From Yuukianura sp. NJ FZ-2021 (Eukaryota), in NCBI GenBank assembly GCA_046563655.1, contig CM102283.1, positions 2,976,001-3,040,000 of the forward strand: 64,000 bases of DNA. The letters are read 5' to 3'. Positions 52,174 through 64,000 of the stretch are shown here, piece after piece (position 1 is the first letter of the stretch; the number at the start of each line of letters is the position of its first letter). The notes under the pieces are model-generated. The model saw only the letters and a list, made by a program, of their open reading frames with translations. It did not search any database and had not been told where the DNA came from. The position numbers and the translations under genes were made by a program.

Positions 52174-55100
52174 CCTTTGACCTTTACTGGTTTCATGACC
52201 TTTGACCTCTACTTGCTCCATGACATTCGACCTTCAGTCTGCTACGTGACCTTTGACCTTTCTACATTTTGTGAAATAAAAGAGAAAGTACAGAACGTCA
52301 AAATTATTTAACTAACAATTTGGTTTACTATTTTCAATTTCAAGTTCCAAAGACTAAAACTTTTGCTTTCCCGGATTTCCTTTCTTATGCTCAAATGCCC
52401 AAATCTTTCACTCTTTCGAAAAAATGACATAAGAAAAAGTTTTTTTTTTTGCTAAACTTTTGTATCTATTTTTGAAAGTTGACAACTTCGCGGCAGACGA
52501 AGTGAAAAGTGAAAGTTCCAACCCATTCAACCCTTCTCAAAATGCACTTCTGAATTGTTTTTGGCTAACTTTCTCTTTAGCAAAATCTTTTCGAAAGAAC
52601 AACTTTAGCTTATATGCTTTCTTGGGTAAATAAACTTTCACTAAAATCAGAAAAGAATGAAACAAAATTTCGAAAATTGTTTCATCCACAGTTCCTTCCA
52701 ATTCAAGCACGAGATGTTTTTTTCTTTTTTTGGTAACAAAAAAAAAACAACAACAGAACGAAAGGCGAGAACTAAAAAAAAACTTTGTCTTCTTGAAGTT
52801 TGGGAAGATTCTGGTTTGAAAAAAAGGTTTCAGAAAGGCCATAACCAAAAATTGAAAATTTTCGAAATTTTTAACATCGGATTGTCAAAATTTAGTCATC
52901 TGTCATACTGTTTTCAGTTGGTTTGACTCTAGCTTCGCTTCAATGCATAGAGAACCCTTGTATCTGCGTCCTGATTACAAATTCGGTTGAATTTTAAAGT
53001 CTGCTTTCTTTTCTACTTTCACTTTCGGATGTAAATTTTTAGAATTTCAAAAAATAAAAAAAGCTTCCTCTTCATTCTTTTCTTTTGTGTCAATTTCAAC
53101 TTATTCTAAAAGCTTTATTAGCCTCCCTCCCCCTCATTACCATGTTAGTATTAAGTATAACGTAGGCATGGTTAATGTTATGTTAGGTTGGAGAAAGAAG
53201 ACAAAAGTGAAAGTGGAGGCTCCATTTGGTATTTGTTCCATTTTACTTAAAAATGCACCCTCCTTTTTCAATTTTTCATTATGGCTTTTAATGGATCTTC
53301 AAACTAACAAAAGGTTTTCATTTCTCCATTCACTCTTTTCGTTTTTCAAAAAAAAAACATAATGAAAAAACCGCCATTTCTAATTTTCAACACGACTTTC
53401 TCTCTCCCCTTGGTCTCAGCTTTTCATTAACATTTAATCACCCCCTTCCATTTTAAAAACCATATGGTTCCAAAAACAAAAAAAAAAAAAAATGAAAAGT
53501 GAAAAATTAAAAATGAAAAAAAAATTAAATATGAAAAGCTTTTTTTTTCTCGTTTTACCTTTACACTTCAAAATTTGGTTGCAAATTTTGCCCCTGTGGA
53601 AGAGAAATGTTAAAGAAAGCGGGACAAATTACTACGGAGCGAAAGATTTTCAATGAATTTTGCACCCAGTTTTAACTCCGCCTTTGCGGCGCGTAGATAA
53701 CAAAACTTTGACCAAAAATGTGAATGACCTTTGGTGACCTTTGTTCTTTTAAATGAAGTTTTGAAAAGCTTATCACTGTAGTCATAGCTTGCAATTGTGT
53801 GGTGAAATTGAAGACGCACAAAAGGCGCGAAAGAGTTTAAATCTTCGCGCTCTCTCTTCATCTGCTTGTCTCTTAATCCTATTGTCCTTTTCCTTCTGTC
53901 TCAATCTCCCCCCTTCCTTTGTTTACACCAAAGTTTGAAAAGCTGTGAAATGACATGGACTAGGAAAAGTTTTCGGAGTGGAGAAAATCAAGACAAAACA
54001 GAAACTGAAATGTTGCAAGTTAAGTGAAGTTGAGGAAAAGTTTAAACTTTGGTGCGCTTTCACCATTGTTTGAAATTAGGCAGAGTAAATAGAAACTAGA
54101 AGCTTCTCTGCATTCTTAATTAGTTAAGTAAATTGTCACAAAGAGACTCAGCGTCTGTCACAGAGATACTGTGACGGGGTGCCCGCGGTTTTCGTTTTTG
54201 GTGCTAATTTTCAAAATCTGGTTAAGCTTTGAATCCGGCATTACGGATTTGTGCCAATTGTGCCCTCAACTTGATTTGCGGTAAAACGTCTCTTTAAACA
54301 TAAAAAAAGTGGTCAATACAAGAGAAACAAAATGTTTCTGTTCAAAAAAAGCAAAATTCAAAATTTTCGTGCGAAAAATTTATCAAGATTTTCCTAATTT
54401 AATGTTTCCTGCTGATTTTGGAGGAATTGAAAGCCAACTATCAAAAAAAAAATTTCTGAATTTTATTTTTTCTGTCGTGCTTTTGCAGAGTTTAGAAAAA
54501 AAATCTTTCGCGCCAAGCCAAGTAATCCTTGGCTCTTTTCTTACCCATTACTTTTATAACCTATTTTGGTAGGAAATAGACTGAAATCGTTACGCGGGAT
54601 ATTTTTTTTTTTTTGAAAATTCGAACTTTTCCGCGCTTTCTGCTTGATGGTTGTTGATTGGACCAAAAGTAATTAAGATTGAAGTTGAGATGAATTAAAT
54701 GGAGGATGATGGGAGAGGCATTAGTTGAATTAAGAGCTTCCGCCTTCTCTGTTTTAAGTCCAATCCCATTTCCTTTTGGTCCAATAAAAGTGTCATTCTT
54801 CCTTGCCAAATTCTTTTTTGTGTGCCTAACTTAACAAAAGTTAGAGCCACCATGGTGGGGCCAAGCCACCATGAAACCCACCATGCTCGGTGGAGCCAAA
54901 AACTTCCAGCACAGATAAGCCCACTTGCTGAGCCGTCCATCTTGTTTTTGTTCATAAATCTTTTTGTGCAGGAAAAACCGAAAAACTAACCGCTTAATTT
55001 CCTGCTTCTGAATTTTTGGCTCCTGAAACTCTGTTTCATGTCACGAAGTTGCTGATTCTTATGCAAAAAGAGTTAAAAAACTAGCGAATCAGCGTGTTTT

Positions 55101-55496
55101 AGAAATCTTGTTCTAAAATTTAGAAAAACGATAAGAAAATGTATTGGAAGGATTTTGAAATGGAAGGATTTATGTTTTTAGAACAAGAGCGTTCTAGTGT
55201 CTAAAACTGCGAAATAAAGCGATTGACCTGCGACCTTTAGACAATATTTTGGTTCTAATGTGTTTTGGGAATTGGGGTTTTTAAAAAAACTAAATCTGTT
55301 TAGAAAATTTAGAATACCAAATTCAGTCAATTACGAAACTTGGCACAGAATTTCAAAAAACAAATCAAAGGAAAATCATTTTCAACTTTACGGACTTCGT
55401 CGTGTGGCCTCTGCATAAAGATTTATTTGAATTGAAAAGTTTTGTTTTAAATTTTAAAAAAGTTTGACCAAAATCAAAATTTTGAAATTTCTTGCA

Positions 55497-56182
55497 TCAG
55501 TTTCCAGCCGGCTCTACGAACCACCGCTGCATCGGATTTTGTTTGCCACAAACTCCCTCTGGGGTACTATAAAATCCAAAATTGATAACTTTTGAATTAT
55601 GGTGGGACGAGAAACATCGTTGCTTCAAATTTTGAAATTTTTTCAAAATTTTGAAACTTTTCAAAATTTACCCGCTTCCTTGCAGACACATTCCCGTTTT
55701 GACGTTTTTGAACTGGTATTTTCCATGGCCAACGTAGGAAACTTGAAATGAAGTTCCGCTCAACGGGGTTCCACTCGACAGACTTTCAAGCTTCCATATT
55801 TTGTTTCTTTCTAACAACCAAAATTTTGAAAATTCAGTAAAAAGTTTTTCAAAATTTTGAAAAAAGTTGGATTTTTTTTAGAACAAACCACTAGTATTGA
55901 TAAACGTGAACTTCTGACTAGGATTTTCCGTACTCCCTTGAGCCCTGGTAGGAACGCCACTACCTCCGTCGGTCAAATACTGAAAATTAGAGTTTCCAAA
56001 TTCAAAATTTTATTTTTTTTTTGAAAAGCGGGAGAATTCAAATTTGAAATTTATACCCTGCCGTCATGTTGACTAACGAGTCGGTAGACGTTGTTGTTGA
56101 TAAGCTTGGTCGGTTCGAGCGCTGCGTCGACTGGAATTAGACTAACTCCGAGACACAGGAGCAGAATGAGGTCAAAGGTCAT
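55497..56182 (-). CDS. Small secreted ricin-B-like (beta-trefoil) protein, 141 aa; not in the ORF track
   Basis: Exons 56182-56057, 55979-55889, 55810-55672, 55566-55497 splice in phase with GT-AG. Signal-peptide-like MTFDLILLLCLGVSLIPVDA; repeats VYRLVSQHDGRYL..NPSQKFTF and GKYQFKNVKTGMCL..NPMQRWFV; minus-strand AATAAA at 55422-55427. Confidence 0.8.
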
Positions 56183-59100
56183 CTTAATTTAAAAATTCAA
56201 ATTTCACCGCTCTGTAATTACTTGAATTAATTGAAGGTTGACTCAAGAGACCAATTCAGTTGACACACTCGTCCTCACTTCAATTACTCACTGTGGACTG
56301 TCTACTCTTCTCAAATTTGTGTCATGTCTCAACAAAAGTGACACAATTTCGACATAGGCAACAGTCAAAACACGTCCACTTTTGACTATTTTGCAATCTA
56401 TTTCAACTAAATACAAAGTGATCGACATGTATTTAGGTCAACATGTTTGTTACATCAAAACTTTTGGCTCCAACTTTCAAATTTTGAATTCCAATTTGTA
56501 TCCAATTTCAAATTTTTGCCTAATTTAAGTTTTCATTTTTTAGGTTTTGTGTGGGGTTCAGAAGATTTCAAACTGGAGAAAGTGCAAGCTCCAGTTTTTC
56601 GTCCATTTCTTGAATGCGCGCTTTTGGCGCGGAGCTGGAGAAAGGCGCTGAAAGGTTTAATGTGGCTGGAAGTGAGTTCCATTGCTGTCATGCACTGGAC
56701 TGGAAGTGGAATTCATTGCAATTGGATTCCATAAAACTTCAAGGGCCCCCTCTCCACTAGCTACTTTTCCCAGAAGGCTTGTTAAGGGCCCACGCACTTT
56801 CTCATGCGATTAGGTTAAAACCTAACCGTTAGGTTAAGGTTAGGCTACAACCTAACGCTGGTGACTTTTAGCTTGGATCCTCTTGGCCTTATGTTTATAT
56901 TTCTCTCACCTAAGGAGACTTAAGGGGTCCACATAAAACCATAAAACGAAACGATCCACATTAATAGACCTGAAAATTATGGGAAATTATGATTTTCCCG
57001 GGAAAACTCAAACACAGTAAAACATTGCCTCCTAAATTCAAAAATTCCCGCGCTTTTGAAATTTCTTCCCGCCAAAACAACTCTTGGGCTACAAAGTGCA
57101 GAGTTCATAAATTCAAAAATTCCCACACGGAAGTGAAAGCAACACTTTCACCCTGTGCTAAAAAGAGCGGGAAATTCAAAAAAGTTTCTCCTGGTGGGAA
57201 ATTTTGGAAAAACGGCTCGAGGCGGGAAATTCAAAAAGTGTCTCCAGGCGACCATTATGTCACTTTGGCTGGAAGGCTAACTTGAACTTATGCTGCCGAG
57301 GGGAACCGAAGTGGAAACATTCATTTTTAAAACTTCAGCGCTTCTTATTTTGAATTTCAAAAAGAAAAAGTGCCGCCAAAAATCTTTTTTTCTCTTCCAG
57401 CATTCCATACCGCTACATTCCATTCGATCTCCAGAGAATCTCGGCATATAATGTAAGTTATGTAAGTAATGTAAGTTTTGTAAGTGTGAGTCTGGAGATG
57501 ACTCTATCCCTTGACAAAAGGGAACTAACGAATGTCATAAATGTCATTGATGTTATCAGTTGTCCCTTCGGAATGTCTTTGTGCGGATAAGCACAGATCA
57601 AGATCCAAAAACTCCCGCTGAAATGCTTGATGCTTTCCCTGATTGACCTTTGACCTTTACCGCTGCACCGTTTGAACATCTTACTCATCACTGAGATGCG
57701 TTTTGTGCTGTGTTGTTTCTGTTGGTAAGAGAACTCTTGTTCCTGATTGATGAAATTCCCTTGGGGAGTGGACCCTCTCAACATTCCAGTTGACTGTCTA
57801 CTACTCCCCCCCCCTTACTCAACCCCCCCCCCTTCCGAATGTAAGGGGGAGGGGTATGTCGTGAGGAGAGCGGGGGAATTTGAATTGGCTGCTGACGGTA
57901 TCATAAAAGACGAAACAGTACCCTCGGTACAACTTAATTCCTAATCACAACAGAAACCAATTTTTCCGCACCCCCCTAACCCCCTCCCCTCCCCTTCTAC
58001 AAATTTTGAAAGTTACTTTGAAAATTTTCAAAATTTCTAAGAAGAAATGTTGAAAAAAAATTTCAGGAGGGACAGTCAAGTGTGTTTTCAGAAATGAATT
58101 TTGAATGATTTGAATTTTCAAAAACTCAAATGTCCTTTTGTGGTTTTGTTTGTTTTGAATTTGAGTCAACAAAAATGATAATTTTAGGAAGAGAAATTTA
58201 GATTGATTTTTTCTTTTTGAAAAATGAACTTTAGAAATTAAAGTTTGGAAAAATCCAAGTGTAAATTTTTAGCCAAAGGAGCTTAGCACTGCTGGTCTTA
58301 TTTTCGAGAAAACAAAAGTTGCAGAAGTGGAGTGAAGTGTGTGGACGTGTGGTGGGGTGAAAGTTAAGCTGTACTTTCACTTACTTTTTTTTTCAAACTT
58401 TTTTTCCCGCCACCGAATTTTCCTCCCTCGAGCTAAAGCTTCTTTTTTTTTCCTGCTCTTCATCCCTACTGCATTTATTGACAGCTCTGATTCAATTATC
58501 ATGCTTCACCCAAACCAAGATGCATTTTTGGCAGCCCAAATCCACTCCCTCTCTGTGTACAGCATAACCTAACGTTTTCAAATTCTGTTTTGGAAAAGAA
58601 AAGGCGGGAAAATTTTCATTCGGCCAAAACTTTTGAACCACCCTGTACATTTCTCCGTTCCTGACTCACACACACGAATAAGTCTCTAGAGCCCTTCTGC
58701 TTACAAGAATTGCCTCAAACGCTTTCGTCAATGAATTCAGTCCCACAAGACTCTTCCCGCCACTGGCTTGTTTTTGAACAAAATTCAAAAGAGAAAGTGA
58801 ACTTTCTCCTGTCGATACAACCACCATTACCTCACCCCACTTTTTGAATTCCCGCTTCTTTTTTGAATTCCCGCTTTTTTTGAAATGTTTAGTATTCCTT
58901 ACCATGTTGCTAAATAATGCAATGCAACACTCCTCTGCGCAGAAGCAGAGCACTGCCCCGGGAATCTCATTAATTTAAACGAACTAAAGTAATTTTTTTT
59001 TCTGTACGGGCGAAAGTAATTCCTAGAAGGCAAAGAGGGGGAGAAAATTCGAAAATTGGAAACGGCGGGAAAATTTGAACATTTGAAGACAGTGTAATTT

Positions 59101-60172
59101 AGTATGTATGTTGTTAGTTTTGGACTCGGTAAATTATGTCTTCTCAATTAGTGACACACCCTCATACTCATCTTTCAATGATGAACTGTTTCAAAATAAC
59201 AATGTTTTTTACGGAAGCCTAACGGAAGGTAAATTTTCAAAAAAAAAATTGTAGTTGGTTTTTCAAAATTCGGAATTTTGAAATAAATGGCTCATTTGAC
59301 TAAGAGGTGCCTTTTAAATTTCGCGTCTTGAAGTGACAGGTTTCAAAATTTGCGGGAATTTCAATTTTGGAAAACCCGAAATTCGTTTATACTTAATGAA
59401 ACCTTTGTAATTAAAACCTCGTTAGTTTTCTGTTTTAAAATGTTCAAAATGAAAAAGTGTTGAGAATGAACAAGGTATTTTAGATAATGAAAATTGGACA
59501 TTAGAATTTCGTAAAAAGCGGAAGGGAATGATGGAAAGTGAAGTTTTTGGTGAATCAATGATTAATGAACTTGTTTGCAAATCCATCGCAACACGCACAA
59601 CACGCTTTCACCAAAAGAACAAAAAAATTAATCAAAAGTTCGCCTGCGTCTTCATAATTTTCAAACGAAAAAAATTATTTTTTTTTTGCTTTTGTGCGTG
59701 ACAGAATTCATTTGGGAGATGAAACAGCTCGATTATCACAAAAACAAAAAAAAATCACCATTTAATTTTCTTTTCGTTTTCTAACTTATCGCATTTCAAT
59801 TTTTGTTAGGTTTATGATTTCTAACTTTGTAATGTTAAGGTTAGGATTAAGTTAGGTTAGTTAATTTAAGACAGAGGAAGTGTGTGAGTGACGTAATGAG
59901 GATATTTTGTGGAGAAAGCTGGTGTTAATTAAGGCAGAAGTTGGTCTGAGGATAAGTTCCAGAAAAGCTTCCAAGCCTGGACTGGAGGCGGTTGAATTTG
60001 AATGTGTGATGTGGTGGCCATGTGGATTGTGGTTTTTGTTTTGTGGAGGTCATGTGTCATCCAAACGAAGTCCTTCCGCCTCTCTTCTGTCAACTCACTG
60101 ACAGGGTCACAATAAATCTCAACCGCCCTATCCCTAGAACAAACAGTTCAATCCCTCCACAAGACCCTACGT

Positions 60173-60282
60173 TCAAACACTCTTGGATGCTGGCAGCATC
60201 ATGCTGCTTAAGGATGGTCCATGATCTGCTACTAAGCTATAGCTCCCGCTTCCTCGTCTCACTCCAGACACTTCCGCTGCAC
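60173..60282 (-). CDS. Possible terminal exon of an unidentified gene
   Basis: Strong acceptor TTTTTTTGTTTTAG followed by GC-richer AAEVSGVRRGSGSYSLVADHGPSLSSMMLPASKSV*. No partner exon found. Confidence 0.25.
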
Positions 60283-63200
60283 CTAAAACAAAAAAACGAA
60301 CCTTATTTTTTTTTTAAATTTGAGCAATTTCAAAATTTTTGGATCAATTTTTGTCTTGAAGGTGAGCCTGATTCAGAGGTTCTTGAAAATGAAACTTTAG
60401 TTTGTGATTTGGCACAGTTTTGGAGTTTAGTTTGAAATTGGCGGGAAATTGAAATTGGTTTTTGGAGAGTGGTCATAAACACGTGTTGGGGTCATTGGAG
60501 ACAAGCCTGGGTTGAGCATAAGGGCCCACCATAAGGGCCCACTTTGTAGGGTCGTTAAGGCGCCTGATGAATAGGCTATAGGGCCAAGGGGGCATAAATC
60601 GCTTTGCAATTTGGGCAGTGCCAAATCTCTGCCAAATGGCCGCCATTTATTAGCTTCACAAGAATTTTTGTTGCTGGACACTTGTCGCTTTTGGACGGAA
60701 ACTTATGAACAGCTAGTGTTTAAAAGCACACCATCAAAGATGGATTTTCTGGACATTTTTAGGTAAGGTTAAGCCAAATCTGTGAGGTTCAGAAAATTCC
60801 GTTCATGAACATAGCCGTCCGAAGGTTTCCGTACATGAGTGTCCCGGAATTGGATAAAAGGAGAAAGTCTTACTTTCTCCGTTGCAGTGAAGAACTCAAT
60901 TGGAAAGAGGGAACAAAAAGCCCGTCCTTTTCAAATTCGAAGCTTCTCCCGCCAAAAGTCTTTTGAATTTGGCGCTTCAAATCAACTGCCTCCCAATTCC
61001 CCATTATTCGCGTTCTTCACAACTGGAGGTGGATTAGGAGAGGAAGTTAATCGGAAATGACTTCATTTTTTACTCAAACTGAAGACTTGATTCTTGTTTT
61101 TCGTAAGGCTCAGTTTAGATTTGAGATTTTGAAAGAGCATGCCAAGTTTTTTGAAAAAATGTAACTTTTGGTACAGTTTCTGACCCATTTCGTCCATTTT
61201 GAGGATTTTGAGATGAAAGGATTTTCTTTGGTCCATTGCTGTTTGTAGCAAATGTAACAAAAAAGTTGCCGGAAATGGGCCCCTTAATGATCTTGTCAAC
61301 GTTCACTTTTCTCTAAACCTCAACTTAAGCCCTTCGCACACAAAACGCGAAAAAAATTCGCAACTACCATTACACACTGTGAAATTGCAAACGACTAGCA
61401 ACAAATTCTCTAAACATACACAATAGCAACAAACTTTGCACAAAGATTTTGTCCCACGTCCTTTCTTTTAATTTAAATCTTGACTAAACAGTACTTGAAC
61501 GGCGTGAATTTTTCAAATCCGCGTCTTTGTAAAACAAAGAAATTCTTTTGGTCTTTGACAAAGAAACTCGTAAAAACATTTTTTGAAACGCTCTTCTGTT
61601 GTAGAACAACATTACTTAAGTTTGGCTACGCGGAAAAAAATGTGGCGGGAGTGAAATCATAGAGTGAAAATCGCAAAAATCTAAAACTCGCGTCAGGAGT
61701 GTGAACGTGGCTTAAGACGAAAAAGAGAAAGTCATCTGCAGAAATATCCGTCATTTTCAATAGACCAAAAATGGAGCAAAAGTTTTCCCCTTCATTTAGC
61801 ATGTGACTGACCATTCAATAGGAAAAATGTCTGAGCTCATTAAGCTTCCCTCTCCTGCCCACTCCTCCTTCTGGATCCGATTTCTAAAAATTTAGAACAA
61901 AAAATCTTGTTTAGAAAATACGAGGCAGCTTGTTCTGAACAAAAGTTGTTCTGAACATGCACTTGCATGTGCATGGTCCTCCTCTTCGTGGTTGTCCGAC
62001 GTCTTCATTAGTTCAAATCAACGTCAAAAACAGAAAAAAATCATCCTGCCTTTTCAAATCCTACAATTCTGTTACTTATTTTATTATATTATTATTATAT
62101 TTTATTATGTTTATTATCATATCTATTTGTTGACTGTTCTAAAAGACCTGCATGTTCAATCACTACTAATTCTGTCACTTTTAAATGAAAAGTGACACAG
62201 TGAGGGATGATTCAAATTTGAATGTTCCCGCTTTGCCCAATCTCACTTTAGCCCAAATGAGTGTCGTTTCCCGCCTGTTTTAATTTGAATCGATCCATCA
62301 ACCTCATTTTCTCTTTTACATGACCCATGGCATGTTTAGATTTGAATTTTGAATTTTCCCTCCAACCCGAATTTTGGTAAATGGCTCCCGGGTGGTCTGG
62401 ATTTAAACTGGAAAAGGCGGGGGATTCAAATTTAAATGGGAATCGGACATGAATTTATATCAAAAAGTTGCTAGATGGACTGCATTGCCCTAGTGTACCC
62501 TTAGACTGTACCCTTAACGAGAGACACAATTCTCAGGTGAACGGAGCATAATTTATGGCGCCTAAATTCAAATCTCGGAATCTGCCATCGTTAATATAAA
62601 TTGTCTTTTGACTTTTAACTATTCACCACCTACTTTTAATTATCAAGGGCCCCCTACACCACTTGAGTACCGTAAGGGTACCGTAAAGTTGGAGGTACCC
62701 TTACTCAAAATTCAAATCGAGTGATGATTAAGAGAGTGTCCTTATTTGGAAAATTACGGTAAAACTTTATTCATGAGAAGGGTTGAGGAGGGCCCTTAAC
62801 AATTGTCATGTTTCAGAGGACACGAACATTTTTATGGACGAAGGTTGCATTTGAAGGGCCCTTGACTCTAATGCTGTCTTTTGTGGATTGCGGTATTTCT
62901 AGTATTTTTGATTAAAATCTCAAGTACCCCCTCCCCCCTTCGTGAGCAGTTAAGGGGTACGGACCCTTCAAGCCGCAAGGGCTCCTGCTTTGAATGTTTC
63001 AATTCTCGTGTTCTCCATTCATCTTAAATCTTTCCTCGAAGCTCATCTTGGATTCTGATCTAATCTTAAGGGCTCCTCACGTTTTCTCATCATTAACAAC
63101 AATGCTCCTGGATTTGAAGAGGGGAGCCCTTAAAAACGGTGACATCTTAAGGGTACCCTTACATCAAGAATTCTCAAACGAAAAAAGTCCTTTAAAAAAT

Positions 63201-64000
63201 TCGAAGGTAAAATTCTTTTTCAGAAAACGTTTTCACGATCGCGTGTAATAAAAGCTGCGTGTTCAGTTTTTCCACAATTTTCTTTCGGATTGGAAATGTT
63301 GGAAAATTTTGAAAACTTTGAAATTTCAAAATTTTGAAATTTTGAAAAAGTAGAGCACGTATTATTTTGAAGATTTAACGTTAATTGGTCCTTGAGCGGC
63401 AAGAAGATGAAATGAACTTTCGAAGTTCGAGAAGTTCCCAGGATCCTTTAATTTCAGCATCTGGTTTTGTGGATCCCTTAAGGTTGACAACAAAGTGACA
63501 TGATTTAAGGGTCCTCCTGTGGCATTAAACCAACTCAATTGAAAAGAGAGCCCTTAAGGGACGTTCTTCTGAAGAAGCCAAAGCAACTGGTAGTTTTCAG
63601 TTTGCCAGGTGACTCTTCTGTGGACACAAGGACAAGGAAATAAAAGCGGCTCAAAAGATTCTCAAATTCTATTCATAAGTACCCCCACATCTTCCAGAAA
63701 TTTTGAATTGAAGGGTCCCCTAAAAGAAATTTTCAATTGAAGGGTCCCCTCATCCTGTGAGAAGAGGACACTTTTTGTGTGTATTATTTTGAGTCATGCT
63801 ATTATTGTCTGAAATGACTTAAAACCAGAGAAGAAGCACCTTGGAGAGATTGTGAACATGCACTTCAGGGGAGGACTTTGGGGGCCCTTAGAAAAAAAAA
63901 ATGGAAAAGTGACAAAGAAAAAACGAAGTTAAAAAAAGACTCGAAATTGGGCGCCCTGTAATTTCCATTCTTGTCAAAAAATTCTTTTATAAAGATTTTT

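Noticed and set aside
54561-54955. Minus-strand ORFs of 82 and 86 aa
   Set aside because: No convincing splice partners or family motifs.

Overview
Eukaryotic genomic DNA from an invertebrate, most likely an arthropod (AT-rich, GT-AG introns); the species cannot be determined from the sequence. All gene models were spliced by hand. (1) 0.6-25 kb: the 5' six coding exons of fringe (minus strand), whose 18 kb intron holds an antisense nested RUN-domain (RUSC/iporin-like) gene. (2) 27-44 kb: a compact block with an orphan 2-TM gene, PSMC3/Rpt5, SRP68, a degenerate bZIP-like exon, eIF4B and ABCD4. Each of the two head-to-head intergenic regions carries an intact MITE. (3) 44-56 kb: an apparently lineage-specific block with three tandem catalase-family genes, a divergent four-TM gene and a 141-aa secreted ricin-B-like (beta-trefoil) gene that the ORF track misses. 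The catalase genes each have a signal-peptide exon and substituted distal-pocket residues, and are the strongest candidate for an undescribed system. (4) 56-64 kb: mostly non-coding and rich in dispersed motifs.
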